DNA from: Actinomycetota bacterium
GTDB taxonomy: Bacteria; Actinomycetota; Actinomycetes; S36-B12; FW305-bin1
Assembly (NCBI GenBank): GCA_004297305.1
Contig: SCTR01000006.1
Location: 6,129 to 70,128, forward strand
DNA length: 64,000 bases
Reading direction: 5' to 3'
The stretch's first letter is position 1. Each line of letters starts with the position of its first letter. Position numbers and translations under genes: made by a program. The notes beneath the pieces are model-generated. The model made no database searches. It worked only from the letters and a program-made list of their open reading frames with translations, and had not been told where the DNA came from. Shown one piece after another: positions 57,053 through 64,000 of this stretch.

Positions 57053-57227
57053 CGTCTTGTATCCTCCCGCGCAGGACCCGGGCAACGCCGCCCGATGGCC
57101 GCCGTGACCGCGCGATCCGCGGTTCATGCCGGCCGGCGGGCGCGGTCCACCGCACAGGTGGACGCTCCCGGGTCCTTCGCCATCGCGGGCCCGGACTGCC
57201 CGGCCGACGCAAGCGAAGGAGTGCCTC

Positions 57228-57977
57228 GTGAGCCGCCTCCTACTTCTGACCAACTCGGTGCAGTCGTCCACCGAGGTCCTACCGGCACTCGGCCTGCTCA
57301 CCCACCACGTGCGGATCCTGCCTGCCGAGGGAAGCACCTTGCTGGACGCGCCGCCCTGCGACGCGATCCTGGTGGACGGCCGACGCGACCTGCCGCACGT
57401 CCGCAGCCTGACCCGGCTCATCCGGCAGACCGGAGTGGACGTGCCGCTCGTCGTCGTCCTCACCGAGGGCGGGCTGGCCGCGGTCCACACCGACTGGGGC
57501 ACCGACGAGGTGCTGCTGGAATCGGCGGGGCCCGCCGAGGTGGAAGCCCGGCTCCGGCTGGCGGTGGGCCGGATCGCTGCCACCGCGGCCGCCCGCGACG
57601 ACGGCACCCCCGACGAGATCCGCAGCGGCGAGTTGTCGATCGACGAATCGACGTACACCGCCCGGATCAAGGGCCGCACGCTCGACCTGACGTTCAAGGA
57701 GTTCGAGCTGCTGAAGTTCCTGGCCCAGCATCCCGGCCGGGTATTCACCAGAGCCCAACTGCTGCAGGAAGTGTGGGGCTACGACTACTTCGGCGGTACC
57801 CGCACCGTCGACGTTCACGTCCGCCGGCTGCGCGCCAAACTCAGCGTCGAGCACGAGTCGCTCATCGGTACGGTCCGCAACGTCGGTTACCGCTTCGTCC
57901 CCCAGCGCACCGACGAGGCCACGCGAGCGACCCTCGACGTCACCGACGGCCGGCCGCTGACGGCGTTGGTCGACTGA
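57228..57977 (+). CDS. glnR: orphan OmpR-family nitrogen regulator GlnR
   Basis: GTG 57228 after [28 protein letters not shown]...[51 protein letters not shown] is essentially the GlnR consensus. Confidence 0.93.
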   Translation: MSRLLLLTNSVQSSTEVLPALGLLTHHVRILPAEGSTLLDAPPCDAILVDGRRDLPHVRSLTRLIRQTGVDVPLVVVLTEGGLAAVHTDWGTDEVLLESAGPAEVEARLRLAVGRIAATAAARDDGTPDEIRSGELSIDESTYTARIKGRTLDLTFKEFELLKFLAQHPGRVFTRAQLLQEVWGYDYFGGTRTVDVHVRRLRAKLSVEHESLIGTVRNVGYRFVPQRTDEATRATLDVTDGRPLTALVD

Positions 57978-58050
57978 ACGTCGCCGGTCCGCGTGGCACC
58001 GTCCGCCGGGTGGTGTCGCGAGCTGCAGGGCGCTTCGAGATCCTGTCGCG

Positions 58051-58971
58051 GTGGCCGAGCGCTTCGAGATCCTGAGCCGGCTGGCTGACGCCGAGGTCCA
58101 CGCGGTCGGCCTGCTGGTCGAGCAGGTCACCGAATCCGACGCGGAACGCCCGCTGTCCGAAGAAGCCACGCTGCAACTTCGCCGCGGCGCCACCGCCCGC
58201 CATGTCCTGGTCTGGCACGACACCGCCGACCGGGAACGGCTCGTGGGCTACGGCCAGGTGGGCACCGGACCCGGCGCCGCGGCGGAACTCGCGGTCCATC
58301 CGCAGCACCGGCGCCGAGGTCTCGGCCGGGCCCTGCTGCGGTTGCTGGAATCCGAAGCCGCCCCGGATCCGCTGTCGGTGTGGGCTCACGGCAACCTGCC
58401 GGCCGCCGCCCAGCTGGCACAGCGGCTGGGCTGTGTCCCGGCGCGCACGCTGCTGCGGCTTCGCCGGTCCCTGCCGTCGCCGCTTCCCGCGCCGCGCTGG
58501 CCGGCGGGCATCACGGTCCGGACCTTCCGCCTGGGGCAGGACGAACCTGCCTGGCTCGAGGTCAACCGGCGCGCCTTCACCGCCCTGCCCGACCAGGGCG
58601 GCTGGGGCCGCGACGAGCTCGACGCCCGGCTGAGGGAGCCGTGGTTCGACCCGAGCGGGTTCTTCCTGGCCTACGACGATGCCGGCCGCCTCGCCGGATT
58701 CCACTGGACGAAGATCCACCCGGCCGACGCCGGCGAGGCCGGGTTCGGCGAGGTGTACGTCATCGGCGTGGACCCCGACTACGGCGGCCTGGGCCTCGGC
58801 CGAGCGCTGACGCTGGCGGGGCTGGCGTACCTGCGCGACCGGGGGCTTGCGGTGGTGACGCTGTACGTCGACGCCGGCAATACCGGCGCGCTGGCGCTGT
58901 ACCGGGGGCTCGGGTTCAGCCTGCTGGGCACCGACGTGCAGTACGTCGCGGCACCGGATTCGGCCGACTGA
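58051..58971 (+). CDS. mshD: mycothiol synthase (acetyl-CoA:Cys-GlcN-Ins acetyltransferase)
   Basis: 306 aa with tandem GNAT domains and acetyl-CoA loops [10 protein letters not shown] and [10 protein letters not shown]. Position after glnR matches mycobacteria. Confidence 0.9.
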   Translation: MAERFEILSRLADAEVHAVGLLVEQVTESDAERPLSEEATLQLRRGATARHVLVWHDTADRERLVGYGQVGTGPGAAAELAVHPQHRRRGLGRALLRLLESEAAPDPLSVWAHGNLPAAAQLAQRLGCVPARTLLRLRRSLPSPLPAPRWPAGITVRTFRLGQDEPAWLEVNRRAFTALPDQGGWGRDELDARLREPWFDPSGFFLAYDDAGRLAGFHWTKIHPADAGEAGFGEVYVIGVDPDYGGLGLGRALTLAGLAYLRDRGLAVVTLYVDAGNTGALALYRGLGFSLLGTDVQYVAAPDSAD

Positions 58972-59029
58972 GGCCGCTGCGACGTCGGCGCGCCGCCTGT
59001 CGTCCATCTTGCTGTGGCACCATCCGAAC

Positions 59030-61180
59030 ATGGTCGCCGAACCGTTCGACACATCCGTGGCGGTGGACTCCGTCACCGGTCCTGCGGGCCTCGCCGAGGC
59101 GCTGGCGGGACCGTTGCTCGCCGAGCTACCGGACGACCGCTTCCTGGACCGGGAGATGTCGTGGCTGGCGTTCAACCAGCGCGTGCTGGAGCTCGCCGAG
59201 GACCGCGACCAGCCCTTGCTGGAACGCGTGAAGTTCCTCGCCATCTTCGCCAGCAACCTCGACGAGTTCTTCATGGTGCGCGTCGCCGGGCTCAAGCGGC
59301 GGATTGCGACCGGTATCGCCGTACGAGCCGCCAGCGGGCTCATGCCTCGCGAGGTACTCGAAGGCATCTGGGCCCGCGGCGCAGAACTGATGCAACGGCA
59401 GTCGCGGTGCCTGCACGACGACCTGCTGCCGGCGCTGGCCGACGAGCAGATCGAGTTGCTGCATTGGGACGACCTGACCGCGCCCGAGCGCGACCAGATG
59501 ACGGAGCTCTTCGACGCCAAGGTGTTCCCGGTCCTCACCCCGTTGGCCGTCGATCCGTCCCACCCGTTCCCCTATATCTCCGGACTGTCGCTCAACCTCG
59601 CCGTCGTGGTCCGAAACCCGGGGACCGGCACGGAACTGTTCGCCCGGGTGAAGGTGCCGCCGCTGCTGCCGCGCCTGGTCGCGGTGTCTGCGCAGCGTTT
59701 CCTGCCGCTCGAGGAGCTCATCGCCGCCCACCTGCACGAGCTCTTCCCGGGGATGGAAGTCCTGCAGCACCACGCTTTCCGGGTCACCCGCAACGAGGAC
59801 CTGGAAGTCGAGGAGGACGACGCGGAGAACCTGCTGCAGGCGCTGGAGCGGGAACTCATGCGCCGCCGGTTCGGGCCGCCGGTCCGACTCGAGGTCGAAC
59901 AGTCCATCGACCCGTACGTGCTGGACCTGCTCGTCAGTGAACTGGGCGTCAACGAACACGAGGTGTTCCGGTTGCCCGGGCCGCTCGACCTCACAGCCCT
60001 GTGGACCGTCGTCGGCCTGGAACGCGACGACCTCAAGTCCGAGGCGTTCGTCCCGAAGACCAGCCGCGCCCTGACCGAGGTCGAGACCGCGTCGGCTCCC
60101 GACGTCCTGGACGCCATGCGGCAGCGCGACATCCTGGTCCACCACCCGTACGACTCGTTCTCCACCAGCGTCCAGCGGTTCCTGGAACAGGCCGCCGCCG
60201 ACCCGCAGGTCCTGGCCATCAAGCAGACGCTGTACCGGACCTCAGGGGACTCGCCGATCGTCGACGCGCTGATCGACGCCGCCGAAGCCGGCAAGCAGGT
60301 GCTGGCCCTGGTCGAGATCAAGGCCCGTTTCGACGAGCAGGCGAACATCACCTGGGGCCGCAAGCTGGAGGAGGCCGGCGTCCACGTCGTGTACGGCCTG
60401 GTCGGCCTGAAGACGCACTGCAAGCTGTCGATGGTCGTCCGCGACGACGGTGACCGGCTGCGGCGCTACCTCCATATCGGCACCGGCAACTACCACCCGA
60501 AAACGGCTCGGCTGTACGAGGATTTCGGCCTGCTGACCACCGATCCGGTCGTCGGCGAGGACGTCGCCCGGCTGTTCAACGTGCTGTCGGGCTACTCGAT
60601 GAACACCGAGTACGACCGCATCCTGGTCGCACCCCACTCGGTGCGCACCGGACTCATCGAGCGGATCGACGCCGAGATCGAACACCGGCGCGCCGGGCGG
60701 CCGGCATACATCCGTTTCAAGTGCAATTCGCTGGTCGACGAGGAGATGATCGACGCGCTGTACCGCGCGTCGGCTGCCGGCGTCCGGGTGGATGTGTGGG
60801 TCCGGGGTATCTGTGCGCTGCGGCCCGGAGTGCCCGGGCTCTCGGACAACGTCCGCGTCATCTCGATCCTCGGGCGCTTCCTGGAACACTCTCGTGCGTA
60901 CGTCTTCGCCAACGGCGGCCAGCCGCAGGTCTGGATCGGGTCGGCCGATCTCATGCACCGCAACCTGGATCGCCGGGTCGAGGTGCTGGTGCGGCTCGGC
61001 GCAGCCGACCACGTCGCCGAGATCGACGGGTTGTTCGACCTCGCCTTCGACGAGAACACCTCGGCTTGGCATCTGGGGTCCGACGGCACCTGGGAGCGAC
61101 GGACCCGCGGCGCCGGCGGGACGCCGCTGCGTCAGTTGCAGGAGTCGCTGATCCGGCGCAAGCACCGGCGGGGCGCGTGA
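59030..61180 (+). CDS. ppk: polyphosphate kinase 1
   Basis: Motifs [40 protein letters not shown] and GRFLEHSR. Start is ATG 59030 (alternative ATG 59009). Confidence 0.95.
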   Translation: MVAEPFDTSVAVDSVTGPAGLAEALAGPLLAELPDDRFLDREMSWLAFNQRVLELAEDRDQPLLERVKFLAIFASNLDEFFMVRVAGLKRRIATGIAVRAASGLMPREVLEGIWARGAELMQRQSRCLHDDLLPALADEQIELLHWDDLTAPERDQMTELFDAKVFPVLTPLAVDPSHPFPYISGLSLNLAVVVRNPGTGTELFARVKVPPLLPRLVAVSAQRFLPLEELIAAHLHELFPGMEVLQHHAFRVTRNEDLEVEEDDAENLLQALERELMRRRFGPPVRLEVEQSIDPYVLDLLVSELGVNEHEVFRLPGPLDLTALWTVVGLERDDLKSEAFVPKTSRALTEVETASAPDVLDAMRQRDILVHHPYDSFSTSVQRFLEQAAADPQVLAIKQTLYRTSGDSPIVDALIDAAEAGKQVLALVEIKARFDEQANITWGRKLEEAGVHVVYGLVGLKTHCKLSMVVRDDGDRLRRYLHIGTGNYHPKTARLYEDFGLLTTDPVVGEDVARLFNVLSGYSMNTEYDRILVAPHSVRTGLIERIDAEIEHRRAGRPAYIRFKCNSLVDEEMIDALYRASAAGVRVDVWVRGICALRPGVPGLSDNVRVISILGRFLEHSRAYVFANGGQPQVWIGSADLMHRNLDRRVEVLVRLGAADHVAEIDGLFDLAFDENTSAWHLGSDGTWERRTRGAGGTPLRQLQESLIRRKHRRGA

Positions 61181-62718
61181 CCGACGCCGCGTCGCCCAGC
61201 ACCTTCCGCGAGGTCGAGCGCAAACTGCGCGTGCACGCGCTGTTCCGACTGCCCGACCTCAGCGCGCTGTCACCGGCGGTGGCCGAGGTCGACGAACAGC
61301 CCACCCGCGCGCTGACCGCGGTGTACCACGACACCGAGGATCTGCGGCTGTTCCGGTGGGGTGTCACGCTGCGTCGCCGGGAAGGCGGCGACGACGAGGG
61401 ATGGCACCTGAAACTCCCCGTCGACGGCTCGTCGCCCGGAGTTCGCGACGAGATCCGGGTCCCGCTGGCCGAGGCGGAGGTAGGGAACGTCCCCGCCGCT
61501 ATCGCCGAACTGGTCACCGCCTTCGTCCGCCGTTCGCCGCTGGTTCCGGTGGCGACGCTGCGGACGGAGCGCACGCCGTACGTCCTGGTCGACCACGACG
61601 GTACGGCGGTGGCCGAACTCGTCGACGACGTCGTCTCCGTCCTGGACGGCGACCGCGTCGCAGCCCGGTTCCGGGAGATCGAAGTCGAGTCCCTCGTGGC
61701 AGGCGACCACGAGGTGCTCGACGACATGGTCAGTGCGCTGGTGGAGCACGGCGCCGTACCCGGGTCGTCGTCGAAGGCAGCCTTTGCGGTGGGGCCGCGA
61801 GCCAACGCCGCCCCTGACGTCACCGAGCCCGCTGCAGTCACACCGGAGGACCCGGCCGGCGACGCGGTCCGCGCACATCTGCAGACCCACGTCCGGCAGC
61901 TGCTGCTGCAGGACGTTCGGGTCCGCCGTGACCTGCCCGACGCGGTGCACCAGATGCGGGTGGCAGCTCGGCGGATTCGCAGCGGGCTCAAGGCGTTCCG
62001 GCCGTTGCTGGACGAGGAGTGGGCGCGGGCGCTGCGCGACGAACTCGGCTGGCTGGCCGGCGAGCTCGGCGCGGTTCGGGATCTCGAGGTGCTGCTGGCT
62101 CGCCTCGACGAGCACGCCGCGGAACTCGACCGGGTCGACGCCGACGCGGCCCGCAGCGCCATCGACCCGGCGCTGCGCGAGCGCGCCCGAGTGGCGCGCG
62201 CCCATGCCCTGGGCGCCCTGCGCTCCCCCCGGCACGTCGCGCTGCTGGATCGGCTCGTCGCCGCCGCGAACACCCCGCCGATGTCGGGCGAGGCGACGCA
62301 GCCGTGTACCGAGGCGCTGCCACCGCTGCTGGACAAGGCATGGCGGCGACTGCGCAAGCAGGTCCACGACGTCGATCTGGACGGCCCGAGCGCGCCGTGG
62401 CATCAGGCCCGAATCGCTGCCAAGGGCGCGCGCTACACCGCCGAGGCCCTCGTGCCGGTGTTCGGCAAGCCCGCGAAGCGGTTCGCCGCCGCCGTCGAAC
62501 AGGTCACCGAAGAACTCGGCGAGCACCAGGACGCCGCCGTCGCTGCGGAGGTCCTGCGCGACATCGCGCAGTCACCCGACGTCGACGGCCGTGCCGGATT
62601 CGCACTCGGGCTGCTGCACGCCGAACAGGAACAGCGCGAACTGCTCGCGCGCATGCGGTTCCTGAAGATCTGGCCCGACGTCCGGCGCGTCCACCGCCGG
62701 ACGCACCTGTCGCGGTGA
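61177..62718 (+). CDS. CYTH and CHAD domain-containing protein (triphosphate tunnel metalloenzyme fused to polyphosphate-binding domain)
   Basis: GTG 61177 overlaps the ppk stop (GTGA). ExExK signature REVERKL. C-terminal helical CHAD region ([31 protein letters not shown]). Confidence 0.85.
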   Translation: MTDAASPSTFREVERKLRVHALFRLPDLSALSPAVAEVDEQPTRALTAVYHDTEDLRLFRWGVTLRRREGGDDEGWHLKLPVDGSSPGVRDEIRVPLAEAEVGNVPAAIAELVTAFVRRSPLVPVATLRTERTPYVLVDHDGTAVAELVDDVVSVLDGDRVAARFREIEVESLVAGDHEVLDDMVSALVEHGAVPGSSSKAAFAVGPRANAAPDVTEPAAVTPEDPAGDAVRAHLQTHVRQLLLQDVRVRRDLPDAVHQMRVAARRIRSGLKAFRPLLDEEWARALRDELGWLAGELGAVRDLEVLLARLDEHAAELDRVDADAARSAIDPALRERARVARAHALGALRSPRHVALLDRLVAAANTPPMSGEATQPCTEALPPLLDKAWRRLRKQVHDVDLDGPSAPWHQARIAAKGARYTAEALVPVFGKPAKRFAAAVEQVTEELGEHQDAAVAAEVLRDIAQSPDVDGRAGFALGLLHAEQEQRELLARMRFLKIWPDVRRVHRRTHLSR

Positions 62719-63674
62719 GTTCACCCTCGGCCGGCGGCCCCGTGCGCGCTGCCGGCGTCGTGCTGGTCCGCGGCGGCAGCCACGGCCGCGAGACGCTGGT
62801 CATCCATCGGGCGCACCGAGCTGACTGGTCGCTGCCCAAGGGCAAGGTCGAGCCCGGCGAGCACGTGCTGACGACGGCAGTCCGGGAGTGCGACGAGGAG
62901 ACCGGCGTCGTGCCGATCCTGGGTGCCCGCTTGGCGACCCAGACCTACGTCGCACTCGGCGAGCCCAAGATCGTCGACTACTGGGTGGCCCGGATCGGCA
63001 GTGACCAGGGCTTCGCCCCGGACGACGAGGTCGACGAGATCCGGTGGATGACTGCGCGCCAGGCCCACGCGCAGCTGACCTATCCGCGGGACGCCGACCT
63101 GGTCGACGCCGCGCTGGCCATGCCGGATACGACGCCACTGATCGTGCTGCGGCACACCCAGGCGCTGCGGCGCACCGCCTTCAACGGCCAGCACGATGCC
63201 GATCGACCGCTGTCCGGCCGTGGTCGCAGCCAGGCCAAGGCGGTGGTCCCGCTGCTGGCGGCGTACGGCATCACCGCCGTGCATTCCTCCGACGCGGTCC
63301 GGTGCCGGGAGACGGTGCGCTACTTCGCCGAGTCCGTCGGCGCGACCGTGGAGAACGAACCCAGCCTCTCGGAAGAGGGCCACGAGCGGGCCCGGCGGGA
63401 CTCGCGGACACGGATCCTCGAACTCGCCGCGATGCGGGTACCCGTGGTCGTGTGCACCCACCGACCAGTCCTGCCGACGATCGTGCAGGCGCTCGCGACG
63501 CTGCCCGGCGGCGACAAGCATGCGGACTCGTTCGATCCGCGGCTGCCTCCCGGCGGCTGCCTGGTGGTCCACCGCTCCTTCGACGATGCCACCGACGACT
63601 CCGTCAACGGCGCCGACAACGGGGCCGAGGTGGCCGCACCACGGGTGATTGCGGTGGAGCGGCACGAGCTGTAG
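62715..63674 (+). CDS. mutT1: NUDIX hydrolase fused to histidine-phosphatase domain (MutT1-like)
   Basis: GTG 62715 overlaps the upstream stop (GTGA). Nudix box GKVEPGEHVLTTAVRECDEETG. C-domain LIVLRHTQA...HSSDAVRC. Confidence 0.85.
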   Translation: MSSPSAGGPVRAAGVVLVRGGSHGRETLVIHRAHRADWSLPKGKVEPGEHVLTTAVRECDEETGVVPILGARLATQTYVALGEPKIVDYWVARIGSDQGFAPDDEVDEIRWMTARQAHAQLTYPRDADLVDAALAMPDTTPLIVLRHTQALRRTAFNGQHDADRPLSGRGRSQAKAVVPLLAAYGITAVHSSDAVRCRETVRYFAESVGATVENEPSLSEEGHERARRDSRTRILELAAMRVPVVVCTHRPVLPTIVQALATLPGGDKHADSFDPRLPPGGCLVVHRSFDDATDDSVNGADNGAEVAAPRVIAVERHEL

Positions 63675-63747
63675 CGAGCCGCCGATCGTGTCGTTCGGGC
63701 GTGTGGTGACCGAGGTCACGGCCGAAGCCGCCTGTCGGACACCGTTC

Positions 63748-63791
63748 GTTCATCCTCGGTTCACCCTGGCCGGGCCGGCAGGTCACCCGTC
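63748..63791 (+). promoter_or_regulatory. PHO boxes (11-nt direct repeat units) upstream of pstS
   Basis: GTTCATCCTCG-GTTCACCCTGG-ccgggccggca-GGTCACCCGTC are in exact 11-nt phase, 52-95 nt upstream of the pstS start. Confidence 0.6.
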
Positions 63792-63842
63792 ATGCCTAGC
63801 GTCCCGTGCCGTACCCACTGGCAGAAACCATGGAGGACCAGG

Positions 63843-64000
63843 GTGAAGCACACCCGCACGCTCACGCTCGCCGCCGCTGCCGCCGTCGGCGCGCTGACCC
63901 TCGCCGGCTGCGGGTCGAGCACCGGCGGTGGTTCAGCGTCGACGAGCTCAGGCAACTGCGCCTCAGGCACCATCAAGGCCTCGGGCTCCACCGCGCAGGC
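63843..64000 (+). CDS. pstS: phosphate ABC transporter substrate-binding lipoprotein PstS (3' end truncated by the window edge)
   Basis: GTG 63843 after GGAGGA. Signal peptide with lipobox LAGC, then GTIKASGSTAQ typical of PstS. Confidence 0.8.
   Translation, partial: MKHTRTLTLAAAAAVGALTLAGCGSSTGGGSASTSSGNCASGTIKASGSTAQ

Noticed and set aside
56087-57748. 553-aa ORF for the alpha/beta hydrolase
   Set aside because: The N-terminal 232 codons are Ser/Arg/Pro-rich and antisense to glnR. ATG 57052 has a GGGAGGA RBS and gives a normal-size hydrolase.

Overview
Very GC-rich (by eye above 70% G+C, with strong GC3 codon bias) chromosomal DNA from a mycothiol-producing member of the Actinomycetota. 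I support about 70 protein genes, one tRNA-Thr(UGU), one SAM-I riboswitch, two CIRCE operators, PHO-box-like repeats and several strong hairpin terminators. I saw no rRNA, CRISPR array, transposase, integrase, phage or recognisable defence genes. Content is core housekeeping. From memory of M. tuberculosis H37Rv and Streptomyces gene order, it is a mosaic of conserved actinobacterial blocks: (1) a quinone oxidoreductase, APH-like kinase, SDR and acyl-CoA dehydrogenase cluster; (2) pdxH-citA-serC, then DUF2530/DUF3027/DUF2771/Csp and the XPB helicase with its partner (Rv0861c-Rv0889c-like); (3) groEL2 with CIRCE; (4) gpgS, otsA and an otsB-GH15 fusion; (5) rlmB-cysS-ispF-ispD-PIN/TRAM-carD-lpqE (Rv3579c-Rv3584-like); (6) phoP-phoR/phoU, mshA, gpmA (Rv0486-Rv0491-like); (7) ygfZ-fur-nitrobindin, a rhodanese/DUF1416/thioredoxin/MoaD sulfur cluster, glnR, mshD (Rv0811c-Rv0819-like); (8) ppk1, CYTH-CHAD, mutT1 and pstS. 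I found no obviously novel multi-gene system such as a defence island. The most unusual signals are: (a) a cation/proton antiporter gene bracketed by mirror-image palindromic and 22-nt repeat blocks; (b) a recurring pattern of short tandem duplications that include the stop codon and last codons of minus-strand genes, the largest being an in-frame 87-bp array behind groEL2; (c) a periodic GGAAATGCAG motif array; (d) a SAM-I riboswitch controlling a ThrC-like enzyme plus sulfur-carrier pair; (e) an RsiG-type c-di-GMP anti-sigma factor with both binding motifs; (f) a second GG-terminated MoaD-like carrier translationally coupled to an alpha/beta hydrolase in a sulfur-trafficking cluster. Many long ORFs in the supplied track are GC-driven shadow frames and were rejected. 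All family assignments rest on motif recognition by eye, not on database searches.
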